A stretch of 64,000 bases of DNA, taken from Mobula hypostoma. Its lineage: Eukaryota. How positions within the stretch are numbered: position 1 is the stretch's first letter; each line of letters starts with the position of its first letter. The translations under genes and the position numbers were made by a program. The stretch is taken from contig NC_086108.1 of the NCBI RefSeq assembly GCF_963921235.1, positions 20,150,001 to 20,214,000 of the forward strand, in the 5' to 3' direction. The notes beneath the pieces are model-generated. The model made no database searches, was not told the DNA's origin, and saw only the letters and a program-made list of their open reading frames with translations. This document shows, piece after piece, positions 38,475-49,593 of the stretch.

Positions 38475-39020
38475 GAGGTGTATGGGGTGTCAGGGAGGGG
38501 TAGCAACTCTGGTGGAGGAACATGTCACGTCCTTTTCAAGGTGGTTAGTCCACCTTTGGTCCCCACCTGGCACTCGGCTCTCACCTGTGGCTCCTCGTAG
38601 CTGTTTGCATGCGACAGCAGCCACACCCCGGGTAATGGCTTCGACAAGCCAGCTAAACCAGGTGAGGGTAGCCGATGGGTCTCAAACCCTCGGTGAGATA
38701 GGGAGTTGTCTATCCCAGCATGTGAAGCCAGACTCCGGCGGATTGAGCGGACGAGACCAATGGAAGGTCCAACGGTCAAGAAGGCAGTCTCTGCAAACAT
38801 TGTGGAACGTGTAGAGCCCGACAAGACACAGAAGACATCCTGGTCATCCACTGCGCCTCGTCCCATCTCCAGCTGTCTCGACTCTATCTTGCCACTGGAT
38901 CCAGATGGGAATTGGGAAAAGAGAATGAGGCTCTCCCTCACTTAAATCCAAATCATGCGCTAGTCTCAACACCATCAATGGTGTCGAGGTCTTCATCGAC
39001 GACGACGATGGACGAACATG
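38475..39020 (+). mobile_element. ~546-bp non-coding RTE-like non-autonomous retroelement inserted in CR1-D2 ORF1
   Basis: The host CR1 reads CTGCCTATA|ACTCCTTTC across it (ATA repeated at both junctions). 5' HDV-like fold; 3' hairpins CTCAACACC/GGTGTCGAG and TTCATCG/CGATGGA. Confidence 0.75.
38484..38675 (+). ncRNA. HDV-like self-cleaving ribozyme (predicted; cleavage 5' of G38484, catalytic C38653)
   Basis: P1 GGGGTGT(38484-90)/ACACCCC(38623-29); P2 TCGGCT-CTCACCTG(38574-87)/CAGGTGAG..AGCCGA(38659-75); P3 GGC/GCC; L3 TCCTCG; P1.1 CC/GG(38630-31); P4 TGGCTT/AAGCCA; J4/2 GCTAA. Confidence 0.8.
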
Positions 39021-39399
39021 ATAACTCCTTTCTATCACCTCCTCGCTCTCCCTGACCAGACGAAGGTCATTGAGCTGCAACTCCAGTTCCCTACCGCGGT
39101 CCCTTAGGAGCTGCAGCTCGACACACCGGGTGCAGATATGGCCATCCGGCAGGCTGGGAGACTCCAGGACCTCCCACATCTGACACCGAGCACAGAACAC
39201 CAGTTTCACACACATACTTCCTTTCCGCAATTGACACAGGTAACCTACCTAGCCTTATTACCGCATAAGCCCGCTGAGCCAAAGCCCTATCACTCTGCCA
39301 CCTCTTATTCCGCTACCTGCTACAAACGCTGCCTGCTGGATATGGCGGTCTTCTTTTTAAACATTTCCCGCTCTACTGGCTGATGTCATGCGCCTAGCC

Positions 39400-39450
39400 T
39401 CTATGGAAAAGAGTATAGTCGACGTTTCAGGCCAAGACCCTTCACCATGA
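39400..39450 (-). mobile_element. Penelope-derived hammerhead element, right half (degenerate core)
   Basis: Minus strand ATGGTGAAGGGTCTTGGCCTGAAACGTCGACT. Confidence 0.72.
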
Positions 39451-39470
39451 AAATTATTTTAAAAATTAAT

Positions 39471-39692
39471 TTTAAGAGATACAGCAAGGTAAAGCCCCTT
39501 CCAGCTCAATAAGCCCATGCTGCCCAAATACATCCAAGTGACTAATTAACCTATTCATCCATAACTGGAGCACCCAGAGGGAACCTGTGCAGTCACAGAG
39601 AGAATGTACAAACTCCTTACAGACAGCAGCGGGAATTGAAGCCTAGTCAGTGGCACTATAAACATTACACTAACTGCAACGCTACCATACTG
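39471..39692 (-). mobile_element. V-SINE (HE1-like) tRNA-derived SINE, old
   Basis: Minus strand has degenerate A/B boxes, then the V-core-like GGAGTTTGTACATTCTCTCTGTGACTGC..CTCTGGGTGCTCCAGTT and a CR1-like tail. Confidence 0.7.
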
Positions 39693-41189
39693 TTAGATCG
39701 TTGTAGAGAACCAACTTTAATGTCTTGTAGAGGAGAAAATCTACCTGGTCTAGTCTACATGTGACTCCAACATACAGTAATTGTGTTGACTCTTACCTGC
39801 CTTCTGAAATAGCCTAGCAAGTCATTCAGTTGTAACAAGCTGCTGGAAAAGCCACAAAGTAGCACCCAAATTGGACAGATGATCACCTTGTATTGACTGA
39901 TGGTTAAAGTTGCCTTACCAAAATTGGGACAATCATCTCACAAACCAGTCAAGCAACGGGCTTCCTCAGTAATGACTGAAATCATTGCTTACTATAGTTG
40001 TCTCCGCACGGTCCTTCCTCAGATTACCTGCACCCCATCATTGGTTTTGTTCAAAACAAATCTGCCAAAATTCATCCCATATACTTGACCTCACCCCAGG
40101 TCTTACTGACTTAAAGACAGGATAAATGAGATGGATTTGTTAAATAGGCTAATAGTACTAAAAATATAAAACTTATACCACAACAACCATTTACTAGAGA
40201 AAGAGAAACCATGGAAGAAATTGCAAGACAATGAAATCACTGAGGGAAAGCAATGGACACTGAAGAGGGAGGAGTAAATTGGAAAAAGACTTATATAGTT
40301 CCTATCTGCTATAATATGAACTCTCAATCCTCCAATATACAGTATCTTGTGGTCCTTGCACTCTGTCTGGATGATATGTAAACCAAAAGCTTTTCACTGT
40401 ATCTCACTGCATACGACAATAATAATAATAATCAGTTCTGATCACGGACGCCTAGCAGATGCCATGAAGAAAAAGAAGATTTTAAAGATAAAATAGCTAA
40501 TGAAGATAAATTCTGAAAAGTAAATTGATGCAAATTTTGTACATGGTACAATAGGTCAAATATTGGACAATTTACCCACATGAGCAGTCAATAAATGAAG
40601 GGGAGGGCTTTTAATTATATTAATTCTTTTGATTATATTAATCCTGCAGGACTGAAGGACTGCAGACAAATGAAAAAAAAAACAGGCATTGGTATTCATT
40701 CTCCTGGATTTCGAATCTTGTTTTACTGTTACACATAAACGGATTCTTTTATATGCATAATTTTAGTACAAAGGAAGATCTTAGATTTACAAAATGGGCA
40801 TACACCTACTAATCTTAGAAGGTACTGAAAGAAACATGTTGACAAAGGCATGAAGCAGCTAAAATGTAGACACAGGCAAAGCCTTTGTCAGTGACAATGC
40901 CTCTGAACCAAAGATTAAGGTTTATATTCTTCTACAGATCTTTGGAGGTCCAAAATTGTTTAAAATTAAAGTCCCATCTATCCTGCTGAGTCCAATTTTG
41001 AAACTTCTAGAAAAAAATTCCAATTATGACCTACAATCTCAAGAGATTGTTTATTCCAGTGGCATCGATCCCAAACAAGGTTTGAATTTCCTTGAATTGC
41101 TATCTTTTCCATCCTTGGTGTGAGCTATGATCATACCTGTAAATTGTGTTATTATGGTTATTATTATGGTTGGTTGCAAATACACAAGG

Positions 41190-41510
41190 CACTTTATTCT
41201 CTCAAAATGGATGCTTAAAGGGTATTTCCCCTAGGAGGATCTAGAACGAGGAGACAGTTTCAGAATAATTAATCACTCATTTCAGATGAAGATGAGAAAG
41301 AATTTGTTCTCTTAGAAGGTTTGAGTGTTTGGAATTCACTACCTCAGAGAACTGTAGATGCAGAGTCATTAAGTGTATGCAGAGAATGACAAATGTTTAA
41401 AATGCAACATCAAGGGAAGAGAGTTGGAAAGAAGTGTTGTGACCAGAATTGATTCAACCATTATGTTATTGAATGGCAGAGCAAGCTGATTGATCTATTC
41501 CTGCTCCTTT
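41190..41510 (+). mobile_element. Ancient CR1 3'-end remnant
   Basis: TCTAGAACGAGGAGACAG..GATGAGAAAGAATTTGTTCTC..TGGAATTCACTACC matches the CR1 3' coding end and UTR seen elsewhere in the window. Confidence 0.65.
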
Positions 41511-44438
41511 ATGCTCTGAACTGATAGGAATATTTTACTTTGAATGTTTAGGAAGTTATTAAGCACAACCCATTGGTCAAAGGATCAGAAGTAAACTACC
41601 AATTAAAAAAACATTATCAAAGCTAGCGTTGTAAATGGTGCCAAAAACATTTGAACATAATGGAATTGCAAGGTTGGAAATCCCAAGCAACGCATAAAGC
41701 ACTTAAAAGGGAGAGTATTGTCACCCTTTGTACTGATGAGTTGATTCAAGTACCTGGAAAAGCCAATTAGGCAAAAGAGGGAGGGTGGTGCGAGGTGAGA
41801 ATATGTTGACTCCACAATAAATCTACAAATAACCAGATGAAGAGGTTTAAAATTATGGAAGACTTCAGGGGAGAAGACACAAAAGATAGGACCATAAATA
41901 CAGCAATTAATAAAACCAACATGGAAATTTTTCTAATGGCAAGAATGTGAAGCTTGTTCCCATTGACTGAGGTCATTATCAACCATACATTTCAGAGAAG
42001 ACCAACTGAGCACGTGGAAAGGAATGTACAACTATGTTGCTGAGATAAAGAAAAGTTTTATTCTGCAAGATGCTCCTGGAAAGCATAAAATATGAATGGT
42101 CCTGCAGGGCAGGAAAATTCCACCTCCCATTATTTTTTCTTGTATTTTAAGAATTTTTGCTATATCAAAGATTTCAGTTATTATTGATGAATAAAGACAA
42201 ACATTACAATATTCCATTTCAACTATAGTTATTTATTGGACAGATTATAATTAATCAAAAAAATCTGGTTAAATATTAGCAAAACATACTTTTTCAACTT
42301 TGGCATTTAGTGTGGGCACTGCCAGGATGGTGAGTTACAATATCAACTGCAACACCAACTCTGCAGTGAAAATTGGAATTATAGAACAAAATCAGGGACA
42401 CGTCAATTCTTTGTAGGTGAAAACTAGATTCTGTGTAAACAACTAAAACCCCATAAATCAACTGGTTAAAAGAACCTTCCAGTAGTATTGCACCGTTAGA
42501 GAGAGTCATAAGACAAAAACTAGTGGGAAAAGGAGCAAGTGATGTGGCCACCTTAAAAGTTAAATAGGCGTTTAACTACGATAAGAATATCAGTCTGCTT
42601 TCCATAGATGGAATTGATCTGTCTAAACAAAGAAGAACTCTTTTAAAAATGAATTATTTTAACTGTTGGGAACATGAATATTCCAGCATGTAACTCATAC
42701 AAACTCAGTGACAAAAACCATTACTTGCTGATAGCTATTCATAGACCTGAGAATTTTTAATGTATTAATGAAAATGAACATCTGTTGAAGCTGTGCTTTA
42801 TTTTTATATACTAAAATAGAAGGGCTTTATCCTACGGGTGGATTAGACCTTTTATTTGCATTGGAGATGATCAAGCCATCAATTTTCAACAGCTGGGTTA
42901 TTAAAGAATTTAAATCCCAGCTGCACTCATTCTCTCTTCTAAATTAAGGGACAACCTTCCACTTACAGTATATTAGTTGCATTATGTAATGCCCATGTGG
43001 CAATAGCTCACGGCTACCCCTACCAAATAAATTATCTGAATAATTATTTATAAATCACATTATTACCACAAAAGTTCCCTCATCTTCTTAAAGTTTGTAC
43101 CATTCCCAAAAAGACCAAGTCTTCCTGGTTTGCAGCTATTATTGTAAACGTCAAACCAAAAGATGGCGGATCTTGTTCAGGGAAAGGAGAATTATTATTG
43201 ACCATTAACTCTGAAACTTTCACAATTGGATTTTGGGAACTTCACATATAAACTTAGCACACACAAATCTGTACGCAGTAAACCAACAGCTCAACATTTT
43301 CACAGTATAAAGAATCACAAATATCTTTTTTTAAACTGACAACAATTAAACACACCTTACCTTTAACATGGATCCTGACATAATTTAAAGAAAGCAGTCA
43401 AAACAATAAAAAGTGTAGAAATTCACAATTTCTTTTAATTGAATCTCTTCCCATGAGATCAGTCTCAAAAAGACACAGACTGTTCAATTGGTCCCATATT
43501 GTGTGGTTCTAAGCATAACTTCCTTCCTCAATATAACCACTAGGCTCAACAGAGAGGGGATTGTCAAACCTAACAAAATCCATCTGCAACATCAGGTAAG
43601 TTTGAATTATCCATAGGGCACCAAAATTCAAACTGTTGGAATTGAATACTAGAGTGTTACGGTGTAAAAGATTATGGTTTAAAGTTCAATAGTACACTTT
43701 TAAATAGAATAAGAATGATTGAACGTGACTTCTACAAGAAAAGAAGAATTGAACCCAAGAGTTCCATAAAGCTTTATATACTCTGAAGTAAGTACAGTAT
43801 GAAAATATGTTCTGTAGTTTGTGATAAAATTGTTCCCATTCAGATTCTGTCTCTTGTGCCAAATTTTGAAACATTTTAATTTTTACAACAGAGAAAGTGA
43901 GACAAGACCTGAATTTGTAATCTGTCCATTAAATATATCCAATGTAACCCAAGCAGGGTTATTAAGAAAAAGCATCTCTAATTGGACAATAATATTGGCA
44001 GTGTAAGAACAAAGATTTAAATTATTCTTTCCCTCCTTATAGGCAAGAGATATGTCAAATTCAGCATAGATTCATCAACTTTCTCTAAGACACTTAAAAC
44101 AGGTCTGTATTTCTTGATGTAAGATAAAATCACAAAGAACATGCTTACATTTGCATTAAAGGTCAAAGTAAAGCATAACTTCAGGAAAATGTTTCACTGC
44201 TTCCTCTTACGCTGATCTGTCAGTGCTTCCAGGATCAGTAGAATTCAGTCCAGCCAAGATTTTCCAGTACCTATCCCAGGTTAAGCATACTTCACCAAAC
44301 AATTTATAACTCCAAGAGAATAGAATCATTTTCTTCAATTTCCTCGAGTTTGTACACCATAGCGTGCACTGCTACTCCTGTTTGCTTGTTTGACATATGC
44401 AGGGAAATTAGTGTTACTCAGTTTTCATTTCAAGCACC

Positions 44439-44673
44439 TTATTTTAAGTGAGTTAACTGCATTCTATCTTCCACTAGCACAGTGTCTGTGCCAAATTGTT
44501 CAATGCACTGCTTGATAGTTGTGATGACACTCATTAACCGTCGATCCATTGCCTCCAAATGGGCATCTGTTAAAATAGGGCTAATAGGATCATGTGACAT
44601 GGCAGTTCGCATTGCTGCACTGAGAACTCCATTCTTTAGGTAATTTAACCTGTTCCAGGTAGACACTCTAATA
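44439..44673 (-). CDS. FAM20B: Glycosaminoglycan xylosylkinase, last coding exon
   Basis: Acceptor CTTACAG, then (I)[46 protein letters not shown]...[13 protein letters not shown]. Matches the FAM20B C-terminus as recalled. Confidence 0.95.
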
Positions 44674-46096
44674 CTGTAAGAAAGATAGATCTAGGTCAAA
44701 ACAAGACATAGTGAAAACAATTTATAAAAACTATGCAATAACCAGTTTTGAGCATGAATGATGCAGAAATGAGAATTTAAACAGAGTGAAAATGCACAAT
44801 ACACACAAATATAATTGGAAAAATAACTTTTCACAGTAGTTTTTGCCATTTTTAATAAGAATGCACACTGTAAATTATTGTTATGCAAAGTCAAAATTCA
44901 TTTTGCAGTTTTCACTTCCAACTTTAAATAGATCACTCTCTTGCATCTGAGAATTACTTCTTTTGAGTGACATTGAAGGGTGAATCTGCAACATCATGAA
45001 TTGGCATCATTAACTGATACCAGGAACTGGGTGAGAGAGAGCCTCTGATAAAATTCATATCTGATTATTGCTCTGCATGTTTCCCAAATGCATTTTATTA
45101 AGTGTGTGTTGAGTTCGGTAACACACAACACCTAAAGAAAAGTTTTTTCTTTTACCTAAAGAAAAGTTTTCTTTTCTTTAGGTATCTTCTTCAAATACAA
45201 TCCTCTGCCAGGTTGCTCCTGCAAGTTACCTAAGCTCTACACGAATTCAGATACACATTCATTGTTTCCTACAGCTCTCATAAGAAGGCAATTTAATTCT
45301 GGTTGATAGTACAAGATTCTAAATATAGTGGATTTCAGTTAATTGGTCATCAGTTAATCAGAGTACCCCTGTGGCCATCCCCCTCAACAACAGGTATATA
45401 TATCACTGGTTTTGTCTTGGGTGTGAATTTGACTATTTCTTCAATAATTGAATAATCACTGTTTACTGTTGTAGGAGTAAGCTATACACTGATATGGTTG
45501 AAACATTTCACCAATTTCAGTAACTGATCCATGAAAAAATAGCTTTTTCAGTGAGCACAACGAATTGAAAAGCTTATACTGCATTGATGACGCTATTAGT
45601 CAACACATTCTTTGTAAGATTTTTCCAACATAAACATAAAATAAATCAAATCGGAACAACAATTTAGAAAAAAAACTCCTGCTCGATCACTTAGCTTTGC
45701 ACTAAAGTAGAAGGCAGCCTAATTTAAACCTCTAGAATGCCAATTCTGAATGGGACATCATGAACTGGAGCTCCAGTGTACTTCTACACATTGGATAGTA
45801 TCAGAGCAATGCTGAGATAATAGAGACAAACCCACAAAGTACCACTCTGCAGAGTTTAGCACTGAGCTTCTGAAAGGCATCTATAATACTGAGTTAATTA
45901 CACAAACAGCTCTGATGTTTTGACAGTTGTGGATACAAAGGAAGTATGCCACCAATGCAACATAATTTTTACTTTTCAGGAAGACATCTACTTTAACGTT
46001 TCAACAAAAATCAGGAATGGTATTCTAAAGCAACAGAGTAATTCACAGATTAGCAGTCAATATTTAAAGGCAACCTTTGGTAACTCATGTACTTAC

Positions 46097-46156
46097 ATGC
46101 AACACTGATACACAGATGCTAAAATGCTTCTTTCATCTAAACTTGGATTCCCAAAG
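46097..46156 (-). CDS. FAM20B: FAM20B penultimate coding exon (60 bp; not in the ORF track)
   Basis: TTTCAG|C TTT GGG AAT CCA...TGC AT|GTAAGT translates to (S)FGNPSLDERSILASVYQCC(I). Phases join both neighbouring exons. Confidence 0.95.
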
Positions 46157-46926
46157 CTGAAACAGAAACAAAAATAAGTTTAAATCTTAGTTGTGAAATA
46201 TTGATTACCTTGCTTATTCCCAAAATTAATGCTAGTCAATAGATTTTTCTCCTTTTGTGTACAAAATATTTACAACAAAGTTCTCAGCTAACGGCAGAGT
46301 AAGTGCTGTACTATTAAAATCTCTGAATATCCTCATTTAGCTCAGACTCAAAATCAGCCACAAATATTCATGTACCATATTTCCATTTTCCTGTATGTGT
46401 CATCCTGTGACCCTTCATCCTAAGAAAAATTACAAGGTGAGCCTTACACTTCTAATCCACTGGAAATTCAAACTTGAATAGGTTGCACAGGTGAAAAATA
46501 CACAATGAGCCCAAACATCTGACTGGATTTCCCCCTACCCTGAATTTGCAGCTACAACATGCTCTGCTCCTCAAGCTTTAACATGCCTGCCATTTTTCCA
46601 AACGAGGCCAAGGCTTGTGTGAAGTTTGTGCACAGAGGGGCATGGGGTGCAGGTGACTGGCTGTTGTGCAACTTTCAATATTTAGTCCTCAAAGATGGTT
46701 GCTGGAGACTCTTGGCAATGACTCATAATTATCCCCTTTTTGGGGGTGGGGCTGACAATGGGCCTCATGAGTATATTAAAAAGAAAACTTCCAGCCTGCA
46801 AATGAACTCTCCAAGGGTGAATTTTCGTAGCCAAATGGCTGCAGTATTGGGAAGGTGGGGTGGGATTACCTGCATTGTACCAATTAGCCCATTTCAGAGA
46901 ATTTTATACAATGAAATGTTACGTAC

Positions 46927-47118
46927 CTTTTTGCATTGTCCAATAAAATTAACATACTCGCTCCACCATCATCTTGAAAACTTTCATAGTGATGTCGATC
47001 TGCATTACCAATCAAGTAGTCAAAAACTGCAGTATCTATTATATCTAGGAGCCGAGGACCAGAATCATATGGCGGGGTCTTCTTTACTGCATCACAGTAA
47101 CTTTCATCATATTCCCAC
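46927..47118 (-). CDS. FAM20B: FAM20B catalytic exon (192 bp; not in the ORF track)
   Basis: CTACAG|G TGG...AAA AG|GTACGT translates to [63 protein letters not shown], containing the FAM20 DRHH and LDNA motifs. Confidence 0.96.
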
Positions 47119-47314
47119 CTGTAGAAAGAACGTTAGACTGAGGAGTAATGAACAAAAACACAGGGCACAATTAACAGTAACAAATTCATTTATTATATTG
47201 AGCTCATGCCAAGGTGTGTCAGCCTTTTATCAATATAATTGCTTTAACTGCAAGGAATGCAGACTTTTCCCACAAGATGCAAATTAATAAATCTTTACGA
47301 AGTGTCAGTATATA

Positions 47315-48313
47315 CAATGGACTCCAGTTAATTGGGACACATCAGAACCAGTACATTCTGGCCCAAGTAGCCAAAATGTCATGGAAATAGGTAAAATGGT
47401 CTAAAAAATACAAACTACCATTTAACTGAGTAACAAATTATGTATTTTAAATGAAATAAAGAACTAATACTATATAGTACTATAAAAATATGTATTAGCT
47501 CCTAATAATTATAGACAGAGGAATAAATCTAGAATGCTGCAATTTTCTTTTGATTGACTGTAAATGAACAAAATCAATGCAGGCACCTAGTGCGGATAAC
47601 AGACTGCCTTCATACAATGCTTTCAATGATTACATCCTCCAAATCTTCATTTTCATTGTAACATTCAAGATGACTGTTGATACCTCCAAATTCTTTGTAG
47701 TTCCTAATGAAGTAGCGAAATTGTTTCATTTTCATGCCCAACCATTTCTGGCATTGCCTGAACGCTTGAAACCACAGTGAGCAAAAGTTCTTAATTGTCC
47801 TACTGTTTAGTTCTCCCCAACTATCAATGACAGAAAATCATTAGTTAGAAACTGATGGCCTAGTTAGAAACTGTTCAGCATGGTGTCCCAAATAAACAAA
47901 GGGGTTCCCAGCCATTTTCTCGATTAAAATTCAAAGTAAAATTTATTATCAGAGTACATACATGTCACCACATACAACCTTGAGATTCTTTTTCTGTGGA
48001 CATACTTAGCAAATCTATAAGAACAGTAACTGTAAACATCAGGAACTGTAAGCTGTAAACAAACTGTGCATTGCAGATAATAAATAGCAATAACAACGAG
48101 CATAGCTAACAAGAAAAAAGTCCTTAAATGAGTGTAGTTATCCCCTTTTGTTCAAGAGTCTGATGGTTGAGGGGTAGTAACTGTTCTTGAACCTGGCGGT
48201 ATGAGTCCTGAGGCACCTGTACCTCCTACCTGATGGCAGCAGTGAGAAAAGAGCATTAGTTCCTCATAAGGGGCTGCCTGATTAACCAGTGGCCCAAATG
48301 ACCAGAATCGCTG
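47315..48313. mobile_element. Tc1/mariner (Tigger/pogo-like) non-autonomous element, interrupted by a Rex/Babar 3' fragment (47926-48256)
   Basis: TA-CAATGGACTCCAGTTAATTGGG ... CCCAAATGACCAGAATCGCTG form imperfect TIRs; ATTA flanks the inner insertion. Confidence 0.6.
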
Positions 48314-48367
48314 CATACGTAAGTATATGCATGCATGCCTGTATGTATGTATATTACATAAATATGC

Positions 48368-49172
48368 TGTCACGTGTCCAGCAACAATGGATATAAAATT
48401 GAGTCAGGTTTTATAAACAAACAACTATATTTATTAACCTCTACTCGAAAACATAGAAAAGTAAACAAACTTGCTTAACCGGAAGTTAACCGTTATGTGG
48501 CTATCTCGAACAAAGAGTCAAACTTAAAAATACTTCCAAAAGGGGTAAATTCAAACACAGACAAAGTGGTAAATTCAAAAGTCCAAGTGATTTTTACAGT
48601 CTTTAAGGACAGTCTTTACTGCAGCAACAATTCCTCTGAAGAAAATGCCGATCTGCCAATCACAGTCGAGCAATGCTTTGTCCAAAGGAGTCACGTCGAA
48701 TATAAAGTCATAAAGGAACTGACCTTTTCTGTCAGGAGGGTGGACACTACACAAACTGTCCTGACCTTGCAGGGGTGTAACTCAAACGTGCATGCCACAA
48801 TTTCCCGGATGATTCCAATTCCAAACAGTCAATCACTTCCAAGACACTGAACGTCATTAACTTTACCAAATCTTTTGGGTTCTCGTACTTTGGTAAGGTA
48901 TTTACTCTCCAATACGAGACTGTAAAGGTAAAACAAAGGTGCAACAAACAAAAACTGGCAGCGATTGGCGAAACTGCCGGTAACAACGTGTTTGCATCTT
49001 AAAATAGAAAGTAAAACTGCGTCACACTTTGGCGGGCTTCCTTAAATACTGTAGGGAACATGCCATCATGTGACATAACATCATCCCACGGTCATGAGAC
49101 AATCACATCATCCTACTCACAAAATGATTACATCATCCCACTGTCCCATGATCAAACTGTGGGCATGAAACA
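48368..49172 (-). mobile_element. Probable solo LTR (~805 bp)
   Basis: TGTCAC...GAAACA ends, ATGC/ATGT flanks, minus-strand AATAAA near 48430 (placed as in LTR 2173-3032), ACATCATCC repeats at 49076-49140. Confidence 0.5.
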
Positions 49173-49593
49173 ATGTATATTTATGTTTTTGTGTTAATGG
49201 AGTTGCAATATTATAAATTCAGATATTAGAATTTTACAGTATGGAAATATGCTCTTTGGCCCATATACCTCTACACCAGGGGTGTCAAACTACCGGCCCG
49301 CGGGATGATTTGGGGGGAAAAAAAGTATATTTGTGACCATTTATTATGTATCTGTACTGCAGTCGCTCTCTCTCCCACCGCTGTCTGTGCTGCCTGCTGC
49401 ACCGGCAGCTTGTTGTGTGTACTTAGAAAACAATAGTTGGCAGTTAACCACCCGCTGTGCATAAGCACCTACCACCCTGCACTGAAGACCACTAGGGCCC
49501 CACTTACGTCGTCAGACACAGTATAAACACACAGAGTACTCAGGTAAGTTACACCTGTAGAAAGGCTGAGACTGCTCGCTGCTGTGGTTCAAA

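Larger units (their letters stand above)
27451..39398 (-). mobile_element. Essentially full-length CR1 subfamily D copy 2 (27451-30675, 38110-38474, 39021-39398) with 5' UTR, ORF1 (CxxC zinc finger, coiled coil, SGNH esterase) and degraded ORF2
   Basis: ORF1 motifs CARCQMW..HICTRC, HIGTND and DGLHLN; ORF2 motifs; CATAGAAA tail at 27448. The sequence resumes across each insertion. Confidence 0.87.

Noticed and set aside
46559..47287. 242-aa plus-strand ORF
   Set aside because: Antisense shadow over the FAM20B exon and intron; no recognisable domain.
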